NCBI GenBank assembly: GCA_964522195.1
Contig: CAZFSV010000001.1
Coordinates: 44,680-108,679 of the forward strand
From: an uncultured Candidatus Saccharibacteria bacterium
Lineage (GTDB): Bacteria > Patescibacteriota > Minisyncoccia > Phycocordibacterales > UBA9973
Reading direction: 5' to 3'
DNA length: 64,000 nt
In this document: positions 19,966 through 29,810 of the stretch, in pieces
Position numbering within the stretch: the first letter of the stretch is position 1
Layout of the letters: each line of letters opens with the position of its first letter
Made by a program: the position numbers and the translations under genes
Notes under the pieces: generated by a model
What the model saw: the letters and a program-made list of their open reading frames with translations, nothing else
Told to the model about the DNA's origin: nothing
Databases searched by the model: none

Positions 19966-21651
19966 TTATAGGCGATTTATTTCTTTGTATACCTCAAGGA
20001 TCGGCTCGGGAATATCCTCGACTCGGATATGTGCGGATGAATATTCACCCTTGTATTCGTTCTTGCCCCAACTGAAAATATACAGAGCGACAGGTAAACT
20101 TTTCTTTTCAAGTTTTTCAATCAATTCTGCAAGCTTTGATTTGTCCTCCTTGAAATAGATTGCTGTCATTCGTCCGCGACCTTCAAAAATCTGCCACCAT
20201 TCATTTTTTTCAACTTCATTGAGAGTATCTTCACGGACAGCAATCATTTCTCCGGCTTGATAGGTAACACGAATTTTTGCTTCGTCAGGTATCTTCTGAA
20301 GATGTTCAATCTCAACAATATCTGTTTTGTAGTATGCAAGATTTCCTCCAAGCCCTTCAATTTTTTCACCAGTTTTTAAATTTTTATAGCCACTCATTAC
20401 TCGTTTTACGCGTTCGTAAGTCACTTCCTTGCAAATATTGTTTTCATTGTTAGTGCAAAGAATAAATCTACGATGACCACCGTCCTCTTTATTTATCTCG
20501 AGTACAGCATGACCAGTAGTACCAGATCCAGCAAAAAAGTCTACAACAAGAGCGTTGCGCCTATTTTTTGTTGTGGCAATTAAACACTCTTTTGTGTTGT
20601 AAAGTGATTTCGGAAATGGGAATTTTGTATCGATTATTTGATTTACCAAGCTTGAACCATAAGTATTAGAGTTATGTTTTGAATCCACCCATACTGTTTT
20701 GTATCTGTATTGACTCTTATATCTGTTGATTACAAGTTCACCTTTATTTTCTTCACACTTTAGTTCTCCCCAAATATCCTCAACTGTTTGTCTTGCAAAT
20801 CGCCACTTTCTTTCCACACCATTTCCATCAATGGGGTAAATTTCAACATTCCCATCTTTTCTTTTCTCGTTTGCGGATTTCGGATGTATCTCATCTTGAA
20901 GAACATCGCCAAATCCAATAATTTTCTTTGTTTTAGGATCAACAATAATTGAATAGAAACAATTTCGTGCTGTGTTCCTCTTAGATTCATCGCCACCCCA
21001 GTCTCTTAATGGGGTGGGTTTAACATCTTCTCTTTCTACGCGAGAAATATATTCCTTTCCTTTCGGAAAAATGAAATATGCATATTCGTGGGTATATGAG
21101 AAATTATCTCCTTGAATTCCACCTGGATTATGAATGATGGTTACGCAGACCTTTTCATGGGTAGGAAAAATATCCTCGAGCAAGAGACCTAGTGTCTCTT
21201 GCTCGTTGTGATCAATAGCACAAATTAAAATTCCATCTTGATTAAGAAGTTCCCTTGCGAGCTTCAATCTGTGACTCATAAAAGACAACCATTTGCTATG
21301 ACGATATTCGTCTTCCTTGTCTACATAGTCGTTGTTGTATCTCCAGTTTTTCGCTCCTGTGTTGTAGGGTGGATCAATGTAAATAACATCAACCTTCTTT
21401 TTATGAGTATAAACAAGAGCTGAAAGTGCATGATAGTTATCACCCTCAATCAGAAGATTATAGATTTCATTATCTGACTTCTTAACCTTAAGGTTTTTTA
21501 TTTGTCTCAATACAGGTATATTTTTTTGACCATCTACAACGACATCTTCTGGTTTTTCCTCCCAGATTAAGCCGTACTTGCGATCTTTTTTCAGACGTCT
21601 CAGTTCTGATTTCAAATCCGCTATCTCTTTTTGTAAATCTTTTTCAGACAT
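19966..21651 (-). CDS. mod: Type III R-M Mod subunit (adenine methyltransferase)
   Basis: KYGLIWE, LIEGDNYHAL, IYIDPPYNTG, HSKWLSFM and DFFAGSGTTGHAV. Confidence 0.92.
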   Translation of the reverse strand: MSEKDLQKEIADLKSELRRLKKDRKYGLIWEEKPEDVVVDGQKNIPVLRQIKNLKVKKSDNEIYNLLIEGDNYHALSALVYTHKKKVDVIYIDPPYNTGAKNWRYNNDYVDKEDEYRHSKWLSFMSHRLKLARELLNQDGILICAIDHNEQETLGLLLEDIFPTHEKVCVTIIHNPGGIQGDNFSYTHEYAYFIFPKGKEYISRVEREDVKPTPLRDWGGDESKRNTARNCFYSIIVDPKTKKIIGFGDVLQDEIHPKSANEKRKDGNVEIYPIDGNGVERKWRFARQTVEDIWGELKCEENKGELVINRYKSQYRYKTVWVDSKHNSNTYGSSLVNQIIDTKFPFPKSLYNTKECLIATTKNRRNALVVDFFAGSGTTGHAVLEINKEDGGHRRFILCTNNENNICKEVTYERVKRVMSGYKNLKTGEKIEGLGGNLAYYKTDIVEIEHLQKIPDEAKIRVTYQAGEMIAVREDTLNEVEKNEWWQIFEGRGRMTAIYFKEDKSKLAELIEKLEKKSLPVALYIFSWGKNEYKGEYSSAHIRVEDIPEPILEVYKEINRL

Positions 21652-21653
21652 AA

Positions 21654-21980
21654 TTATTTTCTTTTTACTATTTCTTCTCCTAAAGGACCTTCAATAAGTT
21701 TAACAGTTTCCTTTATAAACTGTTCCCATGTATACACTTCTTTGTACCACAATAAAACAACGTCGGTTCGATGCTTTAGAATTCTCAGAAATTTTTGCCA
21801 TGTAAATCCTACCGGTTTTAGTTCATCTTTCCACGCTTCCCATAAATATTTAGGGAGCTGATTTCCGTACCACACATTGAGATTTTCCCATTTAATAGAA
21901 GTATCTTTTGTGGTCATTTTTTCAATTGAACGAATCCAATCTTTTACATGCTGGGGTTCTTTTGGGGTAAAAAGTTTCAT
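21654..21980 (-). CDS. Hypothetical Trp-rich protein leading the mod-res-PHP/ATPase operon
   Basis: 108-aa ORF ending 2 bp before mod. Confidence 0.75.
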   Translation of the reverse strand: MKLFTPKEPQHVKDWIRSIEKMTTKDTSIKWENLNVWYGNQLPKYLWEAWKDELKPVGFTWQKFLRILKHRTDVVLLWYKEVYTWEQFIKETVKLIEGPLGEEIVKRK

Positions 21981-22088
21981 ATCCTAAGTATATGGTATAT
22001 TAAAAGAAAAGTAAAGTAATAAGATTACCAACATCTAGCAAATGAGACGCTCTGGACTCCTTGAGGGATATGCGTCATTCATTAGGGT

Positions 22089-23366
22089 ATGGAAACAGAA
22101 AAAGTAAAATATTGCTTATATGCAAGAAAATCAACTGAATCAGAAGAAAGACAGGTCCTTTCTATAGATTCACAGATTAAAGAGATGCTTCAATTAGCAG
22201 ATAGAGAGGGGTTAGAGATTGTAACGATGAAGCGTGAAAGCCACAGCGCCAAGGAAACAGGTCAAAGACCAGTCTTTAACGAAATAATAGAAGAATTAAG
22301 GGCTGGTAAGTTTAATGGAATACTCACATGGGCACCTGACCGTATTAGTAGAAATGCGGGAGATTTGGGAAAGATAGTGGACCTGATGGATGCAGGAAAA
22401 CTGAAAGAAATACGAACCTTTGGGCAAAAGTTTTCAAACAATCCGAATGAGAAGTTTCTTCTGATGATTTTAGGAAGTCAGGCAAAACTTGAGAATGATA
22501 ATAGGGGTATCAATGTAAAGCGAGGATTACGAACAAGGGTTGAGATGGGTCTCTGGCCAGGAGTGGCACCGCTCGGATATCTTAATCAAAGAGATTTAGA
22601 TAAAAAGTGTCAGCTAGTAGTAGACACACTTCGTGCTCCAATAGTGAAAAAGATATTTGAAAAAGTAGCTTATGAAAAAATGAGTGGTAGGAAAATATAT
22701 AACTGGCTCAGGTTTGAAGCGAATTTCTATACTCGAGGCAATAAACCCTTAACTCTCGCAGGAGTATATAGAATTCTAGAGAGTCCTTTTTATTATGGAA
22801 TGTTTGAATATCCGAAAGATAGCAGTAATTGGTATCAAGGTAAGCATAATCCATTAATTACAAAAGAATTATTTGAACAAGCTCAGGCACAACTGAAGAG
22901 AGATAATATACAAAGAGAGAATAAAGAATTCGCATTTACCAAACTATTTACTTGCGGATATTGTGAAAGTGGAATATCTGCAGAAGAGAAATGGAAACAA
23001 CTAAAAGATGGTACACATACAAAATACATATACTATTCGTGCAGTAGATCCCGAGATAGAAATTGTAAAAATAAATATATTCGTGAAGAGGAACTTATTA
23101 CTGAAATGTTGAATATATTAGATAAAGTAAATATAAATGAGCTTGGTATGAGGCAGAAGCTAGAAGACGAAATTACAAGATTTAATATATTCCAAAGGTC
23201 AGTACTTGGTGCGACAGATAAAATTAAAAACAACACAGAAGCAGATATACGAAACTATGCTAAGTATATTCTAAAAGAAGGGATGGTAAGTGAGAAAAGA
23301 GAATTGTTAGCCAACCTCAGAAGCAGGATTGTATATAAGGATAAGAAGCTAACACTAATAGAATAA
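22089..23366 (+). CDS. Large serine recombinase (resolvase + recombinase + Zn ribbon)
   Basis: YARKSTES catalytic motif, DRISRN, APLGY and CGYC Zn ribbon. Confidence 0.95.
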   Translation: METEKVKYCLYARKSTESEERQVLSIDSQIKEMLQLADREGLEIVTMKRESHSAKETGQRPVFNEIIEELRAGKFNGILTWAPDRISRNAGDLGKIVDLMDAGKLKEIRTFGQKFSNNPNEKFLLMILGSQAKLENDNRGINVKRGLRTRVEMGLWPGVAPLGYLNQRDLDKKCQLVVDTLRAPIVKKIFEKVAYEKMSGRKIYNWLRFEANFYTRGNKPLTLAGVYRILESPFYYGMFEYPKDSSNWYQGKHNPLITKELFEQAQAQLKRDNIQRENKEFAFTKLFTCGYCESGISAEEKWKQLKDGTHTKYIYYSCSRSRDRNCKNKYIREEELITEMLNILDKVNINELGMRQKLEDEITRFNIFQRSVLGATDKIKNNTEADIRNYAKYILKEGMVSEKRELLANLRSRIVYKDKKLTLIE

Positions 23367-23373
23367 TTTATTT

Positions 23374-24762
23374 TTACTCATATTGAGAATGAATATTTTT
23401 AACATAGTCATCTGCAATTTGTAGAATTTCACTAAAAGTGAGTATTTCAATATTATGAAGTGAGTTACGAAGTTTCGTAAAGTCTCTCTTGAGACTTTTT
23501 TCTTTTACTTTATTTAATTTACTTTTAGTTAATTTGTGTTCAGAAGAAATAATAATTATTCCTCTTGGATGATAAAGGTTCTCTTCCTCGGTCATGTTAG
23601 TAATCTTATTTTCGTCAGAATTATTTTCAAATCGTTTCTGTACAATAGCATCCATGTAATTCATTGTTTGAATTACTGCTCTACTTAACTCAGAAGAAAA
23701 GCTAAAGTTTTTGTGAGAAGAATCCCAAGTAACAGCATTCTTAAGATGTGTTTTGATTTCGATAATATCAAGACCATTATAATGATTAATACCTATAAAA
23801 TCAGGATACTTTTTGTCACCATCAATATCTTTAAATTCAATTTTTGGATATATCTTTTTATATGAAAATACTAAATACAATAGATACTTTTCAAAGTATT
23901 TTTGCCAAAGATTTTCTAACTGTTTTATATCTGAAGTATCATCTGTGATTTTTGCGATAATTTTTTTAGCTTTCTCGGTGCTCATATCCGTAGAGCCAAG
24001 ATTAAGAATTTCTTTACCAACAGCAATAATGTCTTTGAGCTTTTCTTTTATAAAATACTCATCTAAAGATCTTAAAAAGTCTGGAGTAAATACCTCGTCG
24101 CGTATCAATTTTTCTGTAAAATACTCAAGATTCTTCACATCCTCTGTATCTAAAAAGTTATCGTAGTCTTTCTTTTTATTCTTATTTTTAAGATTGAAAC
24201 GCTCAATCATAAAAGAAAAATCTCCTTTGCCTATAGTTGTAGTTTCTTTTGGTGCTTTATTTGTGTACTTAAGTTTTAATTTATTTATTAAAAAAGTCTC
24301 GATGCGATCTCTACTAGATTTACCTTTTTTAAAAACATCATATGAATCACTTAAGATATCTATTAATACTGACTCTGGTATTTGTATTGTTTTTTCATTA
24401 GCTTTTCTTAAAATCTTTTTACCAGAGTTTAAGATTTTTATCTTAGAAAGAGTATCATCAATACCGAGAATATCTTTTATGTATTGAAACCATGGAATAT
24501 TATAGTCACTACCGTAACGGGTTCGTAGTACATTACTTATGTCTACCTTGTCTGAAATAAGTAATGACTGTTTATTATTTATTTTATCGTAACTATTTTG
24601 CTGTCGATTATAATAATGAAATTCTATGGTTGTGTCTTTTTTATTAAATATCACAACATCACCAGAAGGACAGGATATTTTAGAATCCTCAAAAACCATC
24701 CCTGGCCAGCTTAGGGATTGAAAAAACTCAACAATCTTTTCTTTTTGTGTTTTTTCTTCCAT
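23374..24762 (-). CDS. sduA: Shedu anti-phage nuclease SduA (DUF4263-like)
   Basis: ENLWQKYFEKY, YPDFI...IIEIKT, SSELSRAVIQTMNY, PRGIIII and NIEILTFSEI. Confidence 0.82.
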   Translation of the reverse strand: MEEKTQKEKIVEFFQSLSWPGMVFEDSKISCPSGDVVIFNKKDTTIEFHYYNRQQNSYDKINNKQSLLISDKVDISNVLRTRYGSDYNIPWFQYIKDILGIDDTLSKIKILNSGKKILRKANEKTIQIPESVLIDILSDSYDVFKKGKSSRDRIETFLINKLKLKYTNKAPKETTTIGKGDFSFMIERFNLKNKNKKKDYDNFLDTEDVKNLEYFTEKLIRDEVFTPDFLRSLDEYFIKEKLKDIIAVGKEILNLGSTDMSTEKAKKIIAKITDDTSDIKQLENLWQKYFEKYLLYLVFSYKKIYPKIEFKDIDGDKKYPDFIGINHYNGLDIIEIKTHLKNAVTWDSSHKNFSFSSELSRAVIQTMNYMDAIVQKRFENNSDENKITNMTEEENLYHPRGIIIISSEHKLTKSKLNKVKEKSLKRDFTKLRNSLHNIEILTFSEILQIADDYVKNIHSQYE

Positions 24763-24865
24763 GCTTATATTTTACCAAAAAAAAGCAGATTAATCTGCTG
24801 TTTTTTGGTACGTGAGTCACACCGCTTGCACGGGCAAGTGGGTTGACTCCGATACTAAATTGTGT

Positions 24866-24955
24866 TGGCGGAGAGAGCGAGATTCGAACTCGCGGTCCTG
24901 TTTAAGGGACGACGGTTTAGTAAACCGTTGATTTAAACCACTCATCCATCTCTCC
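24866..24955 (-). tRNA. tRNA-Ser with anticodon ACT
   Basis: GGAGAGA/TCTCTCC-GCCA acceptor; anticodon arm ACGGT-TT-ACT-AA-ACCGT; long variable arm; GTTCGAATC T-loop. Confidence 0.9.
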
Positions 24956-25021
24956 ATGAAACACAATTAATAATATAGCATAAAATGGAAAAATAGTAAT
25001 AATATGCTAAAGTATTTCTAT

Positions 25022-25111
25022 GGAGCCGTGGGAGAGTGGTCTAATCTACCTCTTTGCTAAAGAGGCAGGCTGTAAAAGGCCTCGAGGGTTCGAATCCCTC
25101 CGGCTCCGCCA
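25022..25111 (+). tRNA. tRNA-Ser(GCT)
   Basis: GGAGCCG/CGGCTCC-GCCA; CCTCT-TT-GCT-AA-AGAGG; long variable arm. Confidence 0.95.
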
Positions 25112-25134
25112 GATTTTAATACTATAATAAACTT

Positions 25135-25530
25135 ATGAATTCATATAATTGGTATAGTACTTTAATCAAGCCTAGTTGGGCTCCGCCTAGTTATCTTTTC
25201 GGTCCAGTTTGGACTGTTTTATATATTTTAATTTTTATTTCTTTTGGAAAAGTTTTTATGCTTTTTTTTGAAAAAAAGATACCTTGGGTGGTGGCTTTAC
25301 CTTTTGTTTTAAATTTATTTTTTAATTTTATTTTTACTTATTTTCAGTTTACTTTAAAAAATAATTTATTAGCTTCCTTAGATATTCTTCTGGTTTTAAT
25401 AACTTTAATTTGGGCTATGTTTGTTATTTATCCTTATGTAAAATGGATTACCTATATTCAAATACCTTATTTACTTTGGGTTTCTTTTGCTACAATATTG
25501 CAATTAACTATTACATATCTAAATAGATAA
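25135..25530 (+). CDS. tspO: TspO/MBR family protein
   Basis: [25 protein letters not shown] and [10 protein letters not shown]. Confidence 0.93.
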   Translation: MNSYNWYSTLIKPSWAPPSYLFGPVWTVLYILIFISFGKVFMLFFEKKIPWVVALPFVLNLFFNFIFTYFQFTLKNNLLASLDILLVLITLIWAMFVIYPYVKWITYIQIPYLLWVSFATILQLTITYLNR

Positions 25531-26691
25531 TTATTTAAATAAAGAAATTTTATTAGCTACAATTTCTACTACTTTTTTATCAAACATAGAAGGGATAATT
25601 TTTTTTGGATTTATGTCTTCTGTCATATCGGCTAAAGCTTCAGCAATAGCTCCAAACATTTCAATTTTAAATTGGGAAATATTATTTTCAAGTATACCTT
25701 TAAATGCTCCAGGAAAAACTAAAGAATTATTGATTTGATTAGGATAATCACTTCGTCCAGTAGCTACTATATATGCTCCAGCAGATATAGCTTCTTCGGG
25801 CATTATTTCAGGGGTAGGGTTTGCGAGAGCAAAAATAATAGGATTTTCTTTCATGGTTTTTATCATATCTTTTGTTAAAGTATTTGGTTTGGAAAGACCA
25901 ATAAATACTTGGGCGTGTATTATTGCATCTTCTAATTTTCCTTCTCCCGTTTTTGTTATACTATTTTCTATTAATTCTATTTTTTCTTTATTTAAATCTT
26001 TTCTTCCTTTATGAATTATTCCTTTACTATCACAATAAATAATATTTTTAAATCCGTAATTATTAAGTAATCTACCAGTTGCAACTCCTGCTGCTCCAAC
26101 TCCACTGATGACTATTTTAAAATTTTCTTTTTTATTTTTAAAATTTATGTCTAATAATTTTAAAGAATTAATTAAAGCAGCAAGAGTAACTGTTGCAGCT
26201 CCCCATTGATCATCGTGCATTACTGGAATATCTAGCTCATTTCGTAATCTTTCTTCAATCTCAAAACATCTAGGAGCCGATATGTCTTCTAAATTAATTC
26301 CACCAAAAACAGGAGATATATTTTTAACTATATTTATTATTTCTTCTGTGTCTTGAGTTTTAAGACAAATTGGAAAAGCATCAACATTTGCAAATTCTTT
26401 AAAAATACAAGCCTTGCCTTCCATTACAGGTATAGCAGCTAAAGCACCTAAATTGCCGAGACCAAGTATTGCTGAACCGTCGCTTATTATAGCGACGGTA
26501 TTTTTTTTCAAGGTATATTTTTTTGCAAAATCAGGGTCACTAGCTATAACTTTTGAAACTTCTGCAACTCCCGGACTGTAAGCTAAAGATAAAATTTCTT
26601 TTGAATCTAATTTTATCTTACTTTTTGTTTCTAATTTACCATTATTATTTTCGTGTAATTCTAAAGATTTTTTATATATATCATTTTCCAT
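25531..26691 (-). CDS. NAD(P)-dependent malic enzyme
   Basis: AYSPGVA, PVMEGKA, GGINLEDI, HDDQWG, FALANPTPEI and TGRSDYPNQINN. Confidence 0.95.
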   Translation of the reverse strand: MENDIYKKSLELHENNNGKLETKSKIKLDSKEILSLAYSPGVAEVSKVIASDPDFAKKYTLKKNTVAIISDGSAILGLGNLGALAAIPVMEGKACIFKEFANVDAFPICLKTQDTEEIINIVKNISPVFGGINLEDISAPRCFEIEERLRNELDIPVMHDDQWGAATVTLAALINSLKLLDINFKNKKENFKIVISGVGAAGVATGRLLNNYGFKNIIYCDSKGIIHKGRKDLNKEKIELIENSITKTGEGKLEDAIIHAQVFIGLSKPNTLTKDMIKTMKENPIIFALANPTPEIMPEEAISAGAYIVATGRSDYPNQINNSLVFPGAFKGILENNISQFKIEMFGAIAEALADMTEDINPKKIIPSMFDKKVVEIVANKISLFK

Positions 26692-26726
26692 TTTTACATT
26701 TTACACTTTTTTTAATTTTATTAAAA

Positions 26727-27377
26727 CTAATGAGCTATAGTGAAGGCTATTATTTTATTTGCACCATTTTTCTTTAGTGCTTTTTTTGCTTCTTTGAGAG
26801 TTGCTCCTGTTGTGGTTACATCATCTATTAAAATAATATTTCTATTTTTAATTAAATCTTTATTTCTGATTTCAAAAGTATTTATTAAGTTCTTCAATCT
26901 TTCTTGTTTGTTTTTTATATGAGCTTGATGCTCTGTTTCTTTGTTTTTGTATAAAATATTTTTATTTAAAACAAAGTTTTCTTTTTTGTCTAATTTTTCT
27001 AAATTTTTACCAATAAGTAAACTTTGATTATAACCTCTTTCCTTCAATCTTTTTTTGGAAAGGGGAATTGGTATCAATATTGCTTTATTAAAATTTTGAA
27101 GTAACTTCAATTCTGATAATTCTTCTAAGATTCTAGGATATAAATAATTTGCAAGTATTATAGATAATTGTTTTTTATTTTTATATTTAAGATTCCAGAT
27201 AATTTTTTTCATAATTGGATTCCGGTAATCAAATATGGTATAGATAAAACTTTCTAGTTCTTTTTCGTTTAAATCCAAGCTATTTAAGCAATTCTCACAT
27301 ATTAAAATACTTGCTTTTTGACAATTTAAGCATCTTTCAGGGAATACAAAATCAATAATTGTTTTTAGAAAATTCAT
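26727..27377 (-). CDS. comF: ComF family competence protein
   Basis: N-terminal double CxxC, PIPLS..R..ERGYNQ and LIDDVTTTGAT. Confidence 0.93.
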   Translation of the reverse strand: MNFLKTIIDFVFPERCLNCQKASILICENCLNSLDLNEKELESFIYTIFDYRNPIMKKIIWNLKYKNKKQLSIILANYLYPRILEELSELKLLQNFNKAILIPIPLSKKRLKERGYNQSLLIGKNLEKLDKKENFVLNKNILYKNKETEHQAHIKNKQERLKNLINTFEIRNKDLIKNRNIILIDDVTTTGATLKEAKKALKKNGANKIIAFTIAH

Positions 27378-27401
27378 TTTGTGCTATAATTCTATTATAT
27401 T

Positions 27402-28538
27402 ATGTCAGGAATTTTTTCAAAAATTTTAGATACAGTTAAAGAGATTACAGATAAAAATATTACTGGTGATACTAGCGCTGTTGGTATTGATATTGGTACT
27501 TCTTCTATTAAGGTTGTAGAAATAAAAAAGAAAAACGGCAAAGCTATGCTTGAGACTTACGGATCTATAGCCTTAGGTCCATATGCGGGACTTGATTTGG
27601 GTGCTATAACAAATTTACCTTTAGAAAAAATTACTGAAGCTTTAAGTGAAGTTTTTAAGCAAGCGGGTATTAATTCTAATTCAGTCGCTATTGCTGTTCC
27701 AGTTCAATCCAGTTTAGTTTTTTCTATGCAATTACCACTTCAGGTTAACGAAAAAGACATTTCAAGTATCGTAACTACAGAAGCTCGTAAATATATACCG
27801 ATTCCTATTAATGAAGTTTCGTTAGACTTTTTTGAAATACCAAAGAAGGAACTAAATTTTGAGGAAGCAAATAATCCAGAATTTGTAGCAAATGATGATT
27901 TAAAAAAAGATATGTTGGTTGTTGCAATTCAAAATGATGCAATTGAAAAATTAAAATCAATTACTAATTCTGCAAAATTAAATAGTAGTTTTTTTGAAGT
28001 TGAAATCTTTTCTTCAGTGCGTTCTTGTTTTGAACATGAATTATCTTTAGTTGCGTTAATTGACTTTGGTGCTTCTAGAGTAAAAGTTTCTTTTGTTGAA
28101 TTCGGAATTGTGAAAAATTATCACACAATAGAGAGAGGAAGTTTTGATATTTCTTCTTCTGTTTCAAAATCTTTAAGCATTACTTTTGAAAAAGCAGAAA
28201 ATTTAAAAAAAGAATATGGGATGTATGATAATGACGTAGAGAAAAACTTAAAAGACGTGATTAAAGTTCACACAGACTATATCTTTTCTGAAATAAATAA
28301 TGTATTATTAAGATATGAGAAAACACACAGTAGATCTGTTACTAAAATAATTTTCACAGGCGCTGGATCTTTAATGAAAGGTTTTAAAGAAGAAGCTGAA
28401 AATAATTTTAAAGTAGAGGTAGAAATGGCAACTCCGTTTAAAAAAGTAGGCAGTCCAGCTTTTTTGGAAAAAGTATTAGATGAAATTGGTAGAGAATTTT
28501 CTGTTGCTTTGGGTTTAGCGTTACGTAAATTACAATAA
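27402..28538 (+). CDS. pilM: Type IV pilus assembly protein PilM
   Basis: VGIDIGTSSIKVVE, EARKYIP and ALGLALR. Confidence 0.93.
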   Translation: MSGIFSKILDTVKEITDKNITGDTSAVGIDIGTSSIKVVEIKKKNGKAMLETYGSIALGPYAGLDLGAITNLPLEKITEALSEVFKQAGINSNSVAIAVPVQSSLVFSMQLPLQVNEKDISSIVTTEARKYIPIPINEVSLDFFEIPKKELNFEEANNPEFVANDDLKKDMLVVAIQNDAIEKLKSITNSAKLNSSFFEVEIFSSVRSCFEHELSLVALIDFGASRVKVSFVEFGIVKNYHTIERGSFDISSSVSKSLSITFEKAENLKKEYGMYDNDVEKNLKDVIKVHTDYIFSEINNVLLRYEKTHSRSVTKIIFTGAGSLMKGFKEEAENNFKVEVEMATPFKKVGSPAFLEKVLDEIGREFSVALGLALRKLQ

Positions 28539-28581
28539 AGTATAGTATAATATTACTATAATAATGTGTTAGTATAAAAAT

Positions 28582-29226
28582 ATGGAGCAAAATTTTCAAA
28601 CATCTTTTATCCCTAAAAAACCAATAATAGAAGAAAGTAATGTTAAAGAGAAAAAATCTATGGGTTTTTTCTTGCTTCTTTCTATTATAATCTTTTTATC
28701 AATTAGCTTGTTTTATTTTGCAATATTTTTATACGGAGAAAGCTTAGATTCTAAAATAGTAAAAAATAAAGAATCTATTAAAAGATTTAAAGATAGTTTT
28801 GAAATTTCTGTTATTGAGACATTGGAAGTATTAGATAAAAGATTAATTGCCTCTACTAAGATTCTTGAAAAACATATCACAGTTAGCCCAATTTTTAAAA
28901 TTTTGCAAGAAATTACAATGAAGTCAGTAAGTTATACCAAGTTTTCTTATCAAATATCAGAAAAAGATGAAGTTGTTATAAAAATGAGCGGAAAAGCTGA
29001 AAGTTATAAATCGATTGCTCTGCAGTCTGATTTATTTTCTAATAATAAAAATTTAATAGAGCCAGTTTTTTCAAATTTAACTTTAGATGAAAAGGGGAAT
29101 GTGTTATTTGATTTAGAGTTTAAAGTAGATCCTGTTTTGGTAAATTATAAACATACTTTAGATAAAGAAAGAAATATTGCAGTACCGGTTGAAAATAATA
29201 ACATTATAATTAATAATCCAAATTAA
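28582..29226 (+). CDS. pilN: PilN-like protein
   Basis: FQTSFIPK N-terminus, single TM segment, position after pilM. Confidence 0.75.
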   Translation: MEQNFQTSFIPKKPIIEESNVKEKKSMGFFLLLSIIIFLSISLFYFAIFLYGESLDSKIVKNKESIKRFKDSFEISVIETLEVLDKRLIASTKILEKHITVSPIFKILQEITMKSVSYTKFSYQISEKDEVVIKMSGKAESYKSIALQSDLFSNNKNLIEPVFSNLTLDEKGNVLFDLEFKVDPVLVNYKHTLDKERNIAVPVENNNIIINNPN

Positions 29227-29227
29227 A

Positions 29228-29809
29228 ATGAAATTTTTAATACCAATTTTATTAATAATAATATCAGGAACAGGTTTTTTTATGCTTGTTAGTCCAAAGT
29301 ATGAAGAAATTAAAATCTTAAAACAAGAAGTTGATGCTTATGATAATGCTTTAGCTAATTCTAAGGTTTTAACTGATGAGAGAGATAAATTAGCAACTAA
29401 ATATAACAATATTAATAAGTCTGACTTAGAAAGACTAAATAAATTATTGCCTGATAATATTGATAATATCAGAATGATTTTAGAAATAGAAAAACTAGCT
29501 CTTTATTATGATATGTATTTAAAAGATATAAAATATGACGACAAGAAAGAAAATGAAGAAAATGTAGAGGTCCAAGCTGGTGTTCAAAATAATAATTTCA
29601 ACAGTGAATATGGTTCATGGGATTTAGAATTTACTACAGAAGGGTCTTATGGTAACTTTATATCTTTATTAAAAGATATAGAAAAAAACTTAAGATTAGT
29701 TGATGTTGTTTCAGTAGACTTTGTTTCTAGTGATTTATCTGGAAGTAAAAAAGATTCTGATAATTATAAATATATTATTAAAATTAGAACCTATTGGTTA
29801 AAAAGATAA
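29228..29809 (+). CDS. pilO: PilO-like protein
   Basis: N-terminal TM, coiled coil, LLPD and GSYGNF...IEKNLRLVDV. Confidence 0.8.
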   Translation: MKFLIPILLIIISGTGFFMLVSPKYEEIKILKQEVDAYDNALANSKVLTDERDKLATKYNNINKSDLERLNKLLPDNIDNIRMILEIEKLALYYDMYLKDIKYDDKKENEENVEVQAGVQNNNFNSEYGSWDLEFTTEGSYGNFISLLKDIEKNLRLVDVVSVDFVSSDLSGSKKDSDNYKYIIKIRTYWLKR

Positions 29810-29810
29810 T

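Larger units (their letters stand above)
9651..24871. mobile_element. Integrated defence island abutting the tRNA-Ser(ACT) 3' end
   Basis: Serine recombinase, R-M, Shedu, nucleases and phage-like genes; locally higher GC; TGGCGG at 9651-9656 matches the tRNA 3' end at 24866-24871 (boundaries inferred). Confidence 0.75.

Noticed and set aside
14734-21423. Numerous short plus-strand ORFs opposite the PHP-ATPase, res and mod genes
   Set aside because: Antisense shadows of long genes in a higher-GC region; no independent support.
19966-21651. Phase-variable simple sequence repeat in the type III mod gene
   Set aside because: No tandem repeat tract seen in or upstream of the ORF.
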